From NCBI GenBank assembly GCA_902774285.1, contig CACYHO010000001.1, positions 400,958-464,957 of the forward strand: 64,000 bases of DNA, written 5' to 3'. A program made the position numbers and the translations under genes. Positions 19,031-27,847 of the stretch are shown piece after piece (the stretch's first letter is position 1; each line of letters begins with the position of its first letter). The notes beneath the pieces are model-generated. The model made no database searches. It was not told the origin of the DNA and worked only from the letters and a program-made list of their open reading frames with translations. This stretch comes from an uncultured Pseudomonadota bacterium (GTDB taxonomy: Bacteria > Pseudomonadota > Alphaproteobacteria > Rs-D84).

Positions 19031-19795
19031 CTACCTTTTTTCAATCTTTCGTTTTCCGCGGAATTGCCCAATATCAAATCCACCGCCAGATTTTATAACA
19101 TATTTGTATAATTTATCTATGGCAGACATTTTTTCTTTTGATTTGGCATTAAAGCATCCCTGCAATAAATTTATAAATTTCTTATCTGGCAAATTATCCG
19201 CATGATATTTTTTCGCATATTTTGGATCTAACAACATTTTTTGTATCTTGGACATTGGGTATTTGGGCAAACAATTGAAATCACAGTATGCTGTAATCAA
19301 TCGGCCAACCAAAGCCCAATATACTAAATCTATTGGGTATCCGTCTTGTTTTAACGAAATCATATCATCGTAATTGCACCACAGACCATATTTTGTGAAA
19401 TCATTTGCGTATTTAGAAAACGGTTTTATCTTCTTTTTCAAATCACGAACAGATTGCTGGCAAAGTTTTTTCATTACACCACGTTTATCGTGCAATATAA
19501 CCCCATATGCAAACATATTCTGGTCAATCAAACTGTGTCTTTCTATACCAGATTGCATATATTCTTGGATTTTATATACTGGATTTATTGTGTATTCCAT
19601 CAAAAAACCATCAACATAGCAGTTTGATTTTTCCTGCCAGCCCATATCGTTTTTACCAATAATAACAACATCTATATCGGAAAATTTATTTTGATTGCCG
19701 GCGGCATACGAACCACACAACAAAGCACCTTCGAACCAAGGTTCATTTATGTATTGTTGCAAGAATTTATCAAGTGCTTTTTCCCATTTTTGCAT
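19031..19795 (-). CDS. Nucleotidyltransferase domain protein
   Basis: LCGSYAAG...SDIDV pol-beta-type motif. Confidence 0.8.
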   Translation of the reverse strand: MQKWEKALDKFLQQYINEPWFEGALLCGSYAAGNQNKFSDIDVVIIGKNDMGWQEKSNCYVDGFLMEYTINPVYKIQEYMQSGIERHSLIDQNMFAYGVILHDKRGVMKKLCQQSVRDLKKKIKPFSKYANDFTKYGLWCNYDDMISLKQDGYPIDLVYWALVGRLITAYCDFNCLPKYPMSKIQKMLLDPKYAKKYHADNLPDKKFINLLQGCFNAKSKEKMSAIDKLYKYVIKSGGGFDIGQFRGKRKIEKR

Positions 19796-19822
19796 TTTTA
19801 ATCCTTTCATTATTCAGAAATC

Positions 19823-19909
19823 ATTATATCACAAAATCTGCAAAAATGTTTTAATATCTTTCCCGAACAACAACAATTCATGAATAAAATCAGTTCGTGA
19901 ATTGCACAG
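19823..19909. repeat. Promoter-bearing repeat module (C2 plus TGnTATAAT on the minus strand)
   Basis: 19823-19873 is 47/51 identical to 21568-21618; 19851-19909 matches C1. Confidence 0.75.
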
Positions 19910-19925
19910 TATGTCATGCCATAAA

Positions 19926-21560
19926 TCACATTTCATGTTGTGGTTTTGATGGTTTAGTTTTGTCTTTCTGGGCCAGTGCAGTGACGACTTTTGTGCCATC
20001 TTGTAATCTTTTAATTTTTTGTTCTGATTTATATTGTTTGAACCATTCACGTAATTCTTCTTCAGTACGAAATATTTTGCCACCTGTAAAATAACGTGTT
20101 GCTTTTGGAAGACCGTCTAATGATTCTAATGTTTCAGAACTAAAACGGAATTCCCCACCAATCTCTGTTTCACCACAATTTAACGACTTTAATTGAAAGG
20201 ACACAGTAACAAAATCCCCAACTATTTTTCGAGGTGCCCCTTCCAAGGTGGTTAAAGGAACTCCCCAACCACAATAAAAAGATTTACCAACGTATATAGG
20301 TCCACCTTTTAAAGATGTTAAGTTATTAGCATCGTGCAACATAACATCACCTTGTACAAAATACGGTGCCCCTTCTAAAGATGTTACATCTACTTTATAC
20401 AGCCTAAAATCTCCAACAACTCTTGTTTGAGATATATTTGGTAAATGTTGTATAGGTTCGTTTTCAAAGCATATCGTTGGTATTGTCGTATCTTTCGGGA
20501 TATTTGAAATATTTTGTATCATACCATCGTTATCAACTATATAAAACTGCCCGTTGCGGTAAAATACAATACCTTTATCAAAAGATCCGAAACTTTTATT
20601 TTCTTCAAACCTTTTTTGGCTCATAAGGGATAGTTTTTTTTGACGAACTAGATAGTTTGGTGGTAACCCCAATTGGTCAACATTTGGTAATGTTGGTATA
20701 TAATTTTGATATATATTACTTACCATGCCAGATTTTCCCAGCGTCCACGGTATTCCTCTCTTATCGATAGGTATATAATTTGGCCACCCATCCCAAAATT
20801 TGGTTTTACACCAATTAAAATGATTATCTATTAGTTTTATAAACAGCGAATCATCTGTTCCATAGTTATTTGTGCCTATGATTGGCGAAACGCCTAAATC
20901 TGTTGCCCTGTACATTTCTGCTGCGTAATCATCAAAAAAAGATATTTCTATGTTATTTATAACTATGTTAGAAGAGTATTTGCCTAATTCACCATAGACA
21001 CTTTCATGTAGCCCCCAAAAAAGTCCAGCAGAAGAATCAACATTTCTGATTCTTATAACAAAATTTTTATAAAAATTCAAACCACGTAAAAGTTCAAGAT
21101 TTTCTGTTAAAAAGATTTTTTCTGTGTCGTAACAAAACGGTTCTTTGTTATCTTCCCACATAAAAAGATATCTTAAAAATATATTTACTTTTATACAGAA
21201 ATTAAACAACGCGATCACGTCAGCTTGCATTAAATGGACGTGTGGTTTGTTAACATTGGCAATGATTCTGCTAATCTGTCTTTCCAATTCTAGAGAGCAT
21301 CTGTCATTACAATCTTTGTGGACACCCACCATAAATTCTGATTCAATTCTGGAAAATACTTTTTGTTCATCAATGGCTTTTTTAACAGCAAATCTTGGAA
21401 ATATATGTTCGAAATTTACTGTGCCATTTTTTACATCTTCTTCTGTATATGATTTGCCGCAAAAAGGACATGTGCCGTATACACCCTTGAATATGCCGAC
21501 TTTGTATCCTTTTGGGTTGCCTTTTTCGTCATAATATAATTTTGGTTTAACACTTTTCAT
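19926..21560 (-). CDS. HNH-like nuclease domain protein with C-terminal SLEGAP-type short repeats
   Basis: CPFCGK...NFEHIFPR...HKDCN; repeats TSLEGAP, TSLKGGP, TTLEGAP, SLNCGE, SLDGLP; ATG 21560. Confidence 0.6.
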   Translation of the reverse strand: MKSVKPKLYYDEKGNPKGYKVGIFKGVYGTCPFCGKSYTEEDVKNGTVNFEHIFPRFAVKKAIDEQKVFSRIESEFMVGVHKDCNDRCSLELERQISRIIANVNKPHVHLMQADVIALFNFCIKVNIFLRYLFMWEDNKEPFCYDTEKIFLTENLELLRGLNFYKNFVIRIRNVDSSAGLFWGLHESVYGELGKYSSNIVINNIEISFFDDYAAEMYRATDLGVSPIIGTNNYGTDDSLFIKLIDNHFNWCKTKFWDGWPNYIPIDKRGIPWTLGKSGMVSNIYQNYIPTLPNVDQLGLPPNYLVRQKKLSLMSQKRFEENKSFGSFDKGIVFYRNGQFYIVDNDGMIQNISNIPKDTTIPTICFENEPIQHLPNISQTRVVGDFRLYKVDVTSLEGAPYFVQGDVMLHDANNLTSLKGGPIYVGKSFYCGWGVPLTTLEGAPRKIVGDFVTVSFQLKSLNCGETEIGGEFRFSSETLESLDGLPKATRYFTGGKIFRTEEELREWFKQYKSEQKIKRLQDGTKVVTALAQKDKTKPSKPQHEM

Positions 21561-21567
21561 GATAGAA

Positions 21568-21618
21568 ATTATATCACAAAATCTGCAAAAATTCTTTAAT
21601 ATCTTTCCCAAATAACAA
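21568..21618. repeat. Promoter-bearing repeat module, third copy
   Basis: Same module directly upstream of the HNH gene. Confidence 0.75.
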
Positions 21619-21672
21619 ATCGTGCATATAAGATATTTTATGGTATAATAAATAAAAAAGGATAGGGGCAAG

Positions 21673-21993
21673 ATGGCTTTTTATAAACTTGAAATATTTA
21701 TACCAAAATCTCATTTTCGCAAATTGCAAATTGCTTTGCAGAATGTTGATGCGGGACATATCGGCAACTATGATTCTTGTTTGTCATACAGTGATGTTAT
21801 CGGTGTTTGGCGACCAATAAATAATGCAAAACCTTTTAATGGCGAATTGAATAAAATATGTGAAGCCCCAGAAGTAAAAGTAGAAGTTACAATATTGTCT
21901 GACAATTTGGAAAAAACTTTGTCTGCAATCAAAGAAATACATCCATACGAAGTTCCGGTTATAAATATTATTCCGTTGTTAAATACTTTTTGA
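21673..21993 (+). CDS. YqfO/NIF3 middle-domain (GlnB-like fold) protein
   Basis: KLEIFIP, AGHIGNYDSC, EVKVEV, IKEIHPYEVP. Confidence 0.8.
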   Translation: MAFYKLEIFIPKSHFRKLQIALQNVDAGHIGNYDSCLSYSDVIGVWRPINNAKPFNGELNKICEAPEVKVEVTILSDNLEKTLSAIKEIHPYEVPVINIIPLLNTF

Positions 21994-22008
21994 TGTTTTT
22001 GGTATATG

Positions 22009-22037
22009 TTGATTTTTTAGTGATTTTATGATATAAT
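22009..22037 (+). promoter_or_regulatory. Promoter of MuF-GH108 gene
   Basis: TTGATT-N17-TATAAT with TGn. Confidence 0.75.
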
Positions 22038-22050
22038 AGTTCACATATTC

Positions 22051-22076
22051 AGACGGCATTTTGCCGTCTTTTTTTT
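22051..22076 (+). terminator. Terminator-like hairpin inside the 5' leader
   Basis: AGACGGC-ATTTT-GCCGTCT followed by a T run, before ATG 22097. Confidence 0.7.
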
Positions 22077-22096
22077 ATTTAACAAAAGGATATTTT

Positions 22097-23263
22097 ATGC
22101 AAACACCAAAGTTTTTACGCAATCTGTTGCAATCAAATGATTACTGGAATAAAAATTCCACAGAATTTGCAAAAGCAAATGAATATCTGGAAACTTTGTT
22201 TCCAGGACAATTACAGCAAGATGCAACAGGTCAATATATTGAACCAAAATACGATATGACATATGAACAGTTTGTAAACGCGCAAAAGAAATTAGATGAA
22301 GCTATTCAAGATGCAATACAGGATGCCGAAGCGGAAGCAGAAGAAAAAGGGATGTCGGTCGATTATTCACAATTTGTGGAAGTCGAAGAAGAAATAGATG
22401 TTCGTATTTTAATGCCTTGGGGCGATATAGAAAATGAAAAATTGATTGTTTATACATTGAACATCCCAGATGACGATGAAGAACCAGAAAAAACAAAAAA
22501 GATTTGGATCTGGCACAGCGAAGATGACGAACGTATTTGCGATGATTGTGCATCACATGATGGTGAAGTATTCGAAGATAAAGGCGATATTCCAGATATC
22601 CCTGTGCATCCTAATTGTCGTTGCTGGGTTGAAGAAGTAAAGTTAGATAATAACGGCAAACCAATTTCTAGCAAAGTCTATAAAGGTCAAAAGCCAGAGA
22701 ATAAAACAGATAAAAATGAGACACAAGATATGAAAATGAGCGATGATACTAAAAAATTCGACCAAGCATATAATAATTTGAAAGAACGCGAAGGCGGATA
22801 TACAACCGGCAAAAATCAGAAAAAAGATGAACCAACTAACATGGGTATAAAACAAAGTACTTTGGATAAATATTCTGCGAAATACCCAGATAAAAATTTT
22901 CCGCAGGATGTAAAAGATTTAGAAGAATACCAAGCAAAAGAGATATATAAGAGCGAATACTGGGATAATACAAGAATACCGCAAATAGAAAATGATAGAA
23001 TACGTAACGCGGTATTTGATATGAACGTTATGGGTGGCGCAGGAAAAGTTGTACAAAAAGCGATAAACTCTTTTTCTGATACAAATTTAAAGGTTGATGG
23101 TGTTATAGGCAAAGAAACAATCAAAGCTATAAATGCAATTCCAGATACAAAGATTGAAGAATTTATGTCAACAATAAAGTCTGAGAGAATCAATTATTTG
23201 CAAAATACACAAAATTGGGAAACTGCGAAAAACGGATGGATAAAAAGGACTAATGCGTATTGA
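22097..23263 (+). CDS. Phage MuF (head morphogenesis) domain fused to glycoside hydrolase 108 lysozyme and PG-binding domain
   Basis: WIWH...CDDC..HDG...PVHPNCRC; EREGGY...TNMGI (GH108 EGGY); LKVDGVIGKET; GWIKR. Confidence 0.8.
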   Translation: MQTPKFLRNLLQSNDYWNKNSTEFAKANEYLETLFPGQLQQDATGQYIEPKYDMTYEQFVNAQKKLDEAIQDAIQDAEAEAEEKGMSVDYSQFVEVEEEIDVRILMPWGDIENEKLIVYTLNIPDDDEEPEKTKKIWIWHSEDDERICDDCASHDGEVFEDKGDIPDIPVHPNCRCWVEEVKLDNNGKPISSKVYKGQKPENKTDKNETQDMKMSDDTKKFDQAYNNLKEREGGYTTGKNQKKDEPTNMGIKQSTLDKYSAKYPDKNFPQDVKDLEEYQAKEIYKSEYWDNTRIPQIENDRIRNAVFDMNVMGGAGKVVQKAINSFSDTNLKVDGVIGKETIKAINAIPDTKIEEFMSTIKSERINYLQNTQNWETAKNGWIKRTNAY

Positions 23264-23692
23264 TTATTGCTTTGTCCAAAGACCTTCCACTGTCGCATTC
23301 ATACCACAAAAAGCATTATCTGAATCTGCGTTAATATAACGCAGATTCAATTCATTTTTAGATAATATTTGAAACCTTATACCGACAGGAATATTATATT
23401 CCGTATCTGTTTGATTATCGTATACATATTTTGTGGTTTTATATTCTGCAAAATTATTGTGTATTGTTAATTTTCCACTTACATCACATATATGTAAATC
23501 GTACCACGATTGAATAGTGAAACTGCAAGTTGAATCTGTACAATTAGAAATTATCATTTCGCCAGCCAAAGATGCGTCTGTATCATTTAATTGCCATTTC
23601 CCAGAAAAATACTCAGAATCAGATTGTTCACCAAGAGCATAAACTGGTAAAAGCAAAATACAAAAAAACAAACAGAAAACCAACTTTCTCAT
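23264..23692 (-). CDS. Secreted Cys-containing protein, candidate lysozyme inhibitor/immunity
   Basis: Signal peptide; stop codon abuts that of the MuF-GH108 gene. Confidence 0.55.
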   Translation of the reverse strand: MRKLVFCLFFCILLLPVYALGEQSDSEYFSGKWQLNDTDASLAGEMIISNCTDSTCSFTIQSWYDLHICDVSGKLTIHNNFAEYKTTKYVYDNQTDTEYNIPVGIRFQILSKNELNLRYINADSDNAFCGMNATVEGLWTKQ

Positions 23693-23770
23693 GGTATGTA
23701 TTTTATATCATGTCTTTATTTGATGTCAACACAATTGATTTCTGTTATTATATGATTTACAATAAAATAT

Positions 23771-24160
23771 ATGAAAAAAATTATCGTGTTTTTTGCGTTC
23801 TTAGTCGGCTGTAGTTCTGCTAACAGTCAATCATGTGATTTATGTGGCAACTGGTCTTTTGACCGATTTGAATATGCCGGACACATAACCACAGACTGTG
23901 AAGGTATAGCACAACAAATTTTTAAGGATACGAACATCACAATCTCAGATAACTATTTTGCAAAAACATATATAACAGATAACAGTGCAAATACGTTCAA
24001 CAATGTGAATATTATTTACGGGGAATTTGATTCAGGTAAAAACGCCCAGGTAATTTTTATTACATCTGGGGATAAGCTGATTGAAAAATTATATAAATCA
24101 ACAAAAAATACAGTCTATTTATCTTTGGATGGTTGTGATTTTTATTTTAAAAGGGATTAA
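23771..24160 (+). CDS. Lipoprotein, hypothetical
   Basis: MKKIIVFFAFLVG-C lipobox. Confidence 0.65.
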   Translation: MKKIIVFFAFLVGCSSANSQSCDLCGNWSFDRFEYAGHITTDCEGIAQQIFKDTNITISDNYFAKTYITDNSANTFNNVNIIYGEFDSGKNAQVIFITSGDKLIEKLYKSTKNTVYLSLDGCDFYFKRD

Positions 24161-24230
24161 CTATTTAAATGCCTGGATGATTGTTTTGAATCCTTGTTTC
24201 TAAAGTTGTCATATTGAGGTTGCCAGAAGA

Positions 24231-24779
24231 TTATCTTTTTGGTTTATAAACCGTGTGTCCACCGGCTACATAATCTTTTAAAACTTTTTCACCGGCTTCT
24301 GTTTCTATTTGACCGTAAACTGTTATACCACGTTTTTTAAATTCTTTAAACCAGTCAGGTTTAAAACCTTCATCAAAGCCTGTTATTTTGGTAACACGTT
24401 CAGAAGGAACACCGTAATAAACCGCTTTGATACCAGACCACATAATTCCACCCAAACACATCATACAAGGTTCAGATGTCACATATATGCTTAAATTGTA
24501 TGGTGACAAATCATAAGTCCCTAGTTTCTTTTCTGCCAGTTTTATCGCGTTCATTTCGGCGTGATTATGGCTGCAAGATTTGTTTACAACACTGTTTGCT
24601 GTTTTTGCAATCAAATTGCCTTTGGAATCATAAATAGCGGCCAGAAATGGACCATGGCCTTTGGCGATATATTTTTTTAATTCTTGTTGTAAATCCAATA
24701 TGATTTTACTGGCCTTGATAAGTTTTGCATTATCGATTTTTTCGTTAGCAATTACAGCTGTTTTTGTTTTTTCTGACAT
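24231..24779 (-). CDS. Nucleoside/guanine deaminase (CDA family)
   Basis: GPFLAAI, HAEMNAI, EPCMMC. Confidence 0.88.
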   Translation of the reverse strand: MSEKTKTAVIANEKIDNAKLIKASKIILDLQQELKKYIAKGHGPFLAAIYDSKGNLIAKTANSVVNKSCSHNHAEMNAIKLAEKKLGTYDLSPYNLSIYVTSEPCMMCLGGIMWSGIKAVYYGVPSERVTKITGFDEGFKPDWFKEFKKRGITVYGQIETEAGEKVLKDYVAGGHTVYKPKR

Positions 24780-24889
24780 ATATTTTCCTTTTGTAAGATT
24801 ATGGCATAAATTGTGTTAAATTGCAAAGAATCAAAAACATTAGTTTATAGCATACCAGAAATAAAAACCACCCAAACGGGTGGTTTTTA

Positions 24890-25390
24890 TTATTTTAATA
24901 AATATCTGACATCGCAAATTTTTCGATACTTTTTGTTGGATATAGATTCTATTTTATTGTTTTTAATTTCTGATACTTCCACATTTGCTTTTGTTGGTTT
25001 CATATAATCTTTGCCGGGTTTTCTGTATGCGCTTGTTATTGCGAACGGTTGCATTTGAAATTTATAAGCACGCAAGACACAGTCTGCGCCTTCTTGTGTT
25101 GTTAAACGTGTAAGCTTTGTACCGTTGTTTAGGTATATATCATAGAAAGTATAAGCGTGTGCTGTGCCAGTCACGAACCGACCACGTTTTATAGTATCTT
25201 TTTTGCCATCGTTGTTTATGTCTATGAAAAAAGTGTCCATTCTTTTGATTCCGTAATTATCAGGTAAATCAAATTCTTCGGTTTTGTCTGGTACTGGTAG
25301 ACCATCAGAAAAATCTGCAGTATATTCAAGTTGCCTTGAACATGCCGCACATAACAATAAAACAAAACATCTATTCAACACTTTCAGCAT
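24890..25390 (-). CDS. Lipoprotein, candidate immunity protein of upstream hydrolase
   Basis: Start MLKVLNRCFVLLLCAA-C at 25390 overlapping the upstream stop; paralog of 30280-30876. Confidence 0.65.
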   Translation of the reverse strand: MLKVLNRCFVLLLCAACSRQLEYTADFSDGLPVPDKTEEFDLPDNYGIKRMDTFFIDINNDGKKDTIKRGRFVTGTAHAYTFYDIYLNNGTKLTRLTTQEGADCVLRAYKFQMQPFAITSAYRKPGKDYMKPTKANVEVSEIKNNKIESISNKKYRKICDVRYLLK

Positions 25391-25976
25391 GACATCTGCA
25401 TCCGTATTCTTCCCCCGGATGTGGAGAATCATACCATGTTCTGATTTCGCCGTCCAGTATTTCGTGTTCTGGTCTAACTTTATCATCACCAACGGTTACC
25501 CAAACATATTTTTCATGTTTAGAGACTAAACGTTTTTTACCTGTTATGTTTCCTTCGTGTCTGGCCATTGCTTTTGCTAACATAAGCAGATTATCTTTAG
25601 AAAGATTATTCATTGGTGTTGAACGTGGAAAACCTGTTTGTTTTTCTATAGATTTTAAATAATTGTCGACATTGTTTTCATTTGATGGTGCATACCTGTT
25701 TATTGCGCCTTCAATAGTTAAGTTTTGATATGCATTTGTTGATAACAAACCTGCCATAGCATTAAAACCAGTAGTTGTGTCAGGAAATATGGCGAATCTG
25801 CCGTCTGAACCAATAGCGCCATTATTGCGTGCAAATTTTCCATATTCTAAATTACCAGGGTTGTTATTGCGCCATGCTCTGCTACCACCACTGGCTTCAT
25901 AGATATTACCGTCGTTTCCAACGAACATTCTGTTGGTCCCGATTCCTGGAAATGCTGATATATAAGTTGGCTCCAT
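25371..25976 (-). CDS. Lysozyme-like (RNNNPGN) domain fused to C-terminal MuF domain
   Basis: GGSRAWRNNNPGNL...GRFAIF...RYAPSNENN; YVWVTVGDDKVRPEH..LDG...HPGEEYGCRC. Confidence 0.78.
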   Translation of the reverse strand: MEPTYISAFPGIGTNRMFVGNDGNIYEASGGSRAWRNNNPGNLEYGKFARNNGAIGSDGRFAIFPDTTTGFNAMAGLLSTNAYQNLTIEGAINRYAPSNENNVDNYLKSIEKQTGFPRSTPMNNLSKDNLLMLAKAMARHEGNITGKKRLVSKHEKYVWVTVGDDKVRPEHEILDGEIRTWYDSPHPGEEYGCRCHAESVE

Positions 25977-26002
25977 TTATAACTCCTTTAGATTTTTTAT
26001 AT

Positions 26003-26070
26003 AAAAAAAAGACGGCAAAACGCCGTCTGAACATGGTAAATATTATACCATAAAAGCATAAAAAAATCAA
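26003..26070 (-). promoter_or_regulatory. Promoter plus leader terminator, homologous to 22009-22076
   Basis: TTGATT-N17-TATAAT (TGn), then AGACGGC-GTTTT-GCCGTCT and T8. Confidence 0.75.
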
Positions 26071-26081
26071 TCTAAATACGC

Positions 26082-27323
26082 TTATTTACAAATAGCAGTG
26101 TAAGGCGATATTGATTTTTGTTTATCTATTTCGCCATCGCCACAATCCATACAATTAAACATCCTGTTTTGGCTGTGATTGCGATCCAAGAATATAGTTG
26201 CGTTTTCCAGTTGTCTTATACCATCAATGCGTGATTTAGCAGAAAAACCAAAATACAATCCGCGGTTAATACCACTGCATTCAGATATGTCGCCATTATA
26301 ACATTTTGGATCATTTAATTTGCTTATATCTGGGATACAATATGTTTCACATGTTTCTTCATCAATAACAGCCGTTTCGCAATCTGTACAAGATATAGAA
26401 CGAACGCGTAATGTTGCGCCAACACCACCACGCGGCGCAGGTGGTAATGCAATATTATCACATTTTTTCACGTTTCTTGTTGAATTTGGGTCATCAACAC
26501 ATTCCCATGTAAGCGTTGAATAATTAAGACGTGCAACCATATTGTTTGGACAAGTTTGATCTGAAAATGGGTCAACGCATTCCCATATGTCGTCGACCAT
26601 AACTGCCGTTTGATTGTTAGAACATAATGGTTTGCGTGTTTCGTCTTCTATACATTCCATTAAATCTGGATCCCAAATAGTATCACCAGTACAAGATATT
26701 TTATAATTGTATTCGATGCATTGCCAACGCCCAAATCTGAAAGTTTTCATTGTGCCACTTGGGCAAACAATATCAGAACCATCAACCAATGGATAATCGA
26801 TAGTTTGTTCAGGAATTGTGTACTGCATAAGATACATCAACTGTCCATCTTTTAAATTAGCCGCATCTATAATTTTTTGCGGTATCGTACGTCGAGATAC
26901 AGAACCAGCCGCCATCAAATCTGGGTTAATGAATACACCAAAAGTCCCTGCGTCTGGATAATATTTTTCTAATATTTCCAGCATGCTGTTATATTCTGCC
27001 TCTGGTAATACAAAACTTGTTGTGATGATAAAATTGAAATCTGGTGCTTTGGAGGTTTCCGAATCGCAAGAAACAATATTGTACTTATCATTCATACATA
27101 TATATTGGCTGACGATTTCATACCTTTCTGCACATGGGTCAGTGAATTTTTCGCCGTACATAGAAGCATTTTGTGCAGCCACAACACATTCTGCAATTGA
27201 ACGCAAATCAGCTCTTTTTATCGCATATTCTGTTTCGTGCTGGATTATACGCTGGGAAGGGGAAGATATGACATAATACCCCGCCATAATTATCACGGAT
27301 AAAAGAATTAAAAAAATATTCAA
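26082..27323 (-). CDS. Membrane-anchored Cys-rich protein, pilin/adhesin-like
   Basis: TTG start with GGGGG RBS; N-terminal hydrophobic helix then helix; many Cys repeats (CPSG, CTG, WxC). Confidence 0.5.
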   Translation of the reverse strand: MNIFLILLSVIIMAGYYVISSPSQRIIQHETEYAIKRADLRSIAECVVAAQNASMYGEKFTDPCAERYEIVSQYICMNDKYNIVSCDSETSKAPDFNFIITTSFVLPEAEYNSMLEILEKYYPDAGTFGVFINPDLMAAGSVSRRTIPQKIIDAANLKDGQLMYLMQYTIPEQTIDYPLVDGSDIVCPSGTMKTFRFGRWQCIEYNYKISCTGDTIWDPDLMECIEDETRKPLCSNNQTAVMVDDIWECVDPFSDQTCPNNMVARLNYSTLTWECVDDPNSTRNVKKCDNIALPPAPRGGVGATLRVRSISCTDCETAVIDEETCETYCIPDISKLNDPKCYNGDISECSGINRGLYFGFSAKSRIDGIRQLENATIFLDRNHSQNRMFNCMDCGDGEIDKQKSISPYTAICK

Positions 27324-27388
27324 GATTCCCCCTTGCGATTTATTAAAACTGTAGCTAATATTAATGTAAAGTTCAACAGGAAAAAGAC

Positions 27389-27847
27389 ATGAAAAAATTG
27401 ATTTTACTTTTAATGGTGGCAGCGTGCAGTTTTAAACCCGTATTTTCTGGTGATAATACAGATGTTTATGTTGCACCGATAAGCGGTATTAATGGTATTG
27501 AATTACGTAATTCATTGAATGCCCAATTTGGTGGTATTCATGAACAGAACGCAAAATATACTTTAACTGTTAATTTAAGTGAACCTGTGACGCAATACAA
27601 AGCATTTGAACGTGCGGGTGATGCTGTGTGGCAAGAAGTCAAATTAAATGCATATTATGTATTAAAACAAGGCGATAAAGAAATTGCATCTGCTTCTGAA
27701 TCCGCTGCAGAAAGTTACACTTTCGTTCGTTACTTGGTTGCATCAAATGCTTCATATAATAACGCGGTTATGAACACTATTCACCAATTATCAGAAAAAA
27801 TCAGTATGCGTGTTATAACTGAAATTCAAAAGCAAGAAAATCAATAA
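27389..27847 (+). CDS. lptE: LPS assembly lipoprotein LptE-like
   Basis: Lipobox VAA-CSFKPVF; directly upstream of holA as in alphaproteobacteria. Confidence 0.75.
   Translation: MKKLILLLMVAACSFKPVFSGDNTDVYVAPISGINGIELRNSLNAQFGGIHEQNAKYTLTVNLSEPVTQYKAFERAGDAVWQEVKLNAYYVLKQGDKEIASASESAAESYTFVRYLVASNASYNNAVMNTIHQLSEKISMRVITEIQKQENQ

Noticed and set aside
17385-21618. CRISPR array
   Set aside because: Repeats are few, 51-69 bp, separated by whole genes rather than ~30-bp spacers, and there are no cas genes
19829-21759. ORFs 19829-20083 and 21574-21759 sharing the C-terminus LLFGKDIK.FLQIL as a paralogous family
   Set aside because: The similarity is the translated promoter-repeat module; both overlap other genes or their promoters
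26082-27323. Shufflon-type PilV variation
   Set aside because: No repeated sfx-like sites or alternative C-terminal cassettes next to the gene
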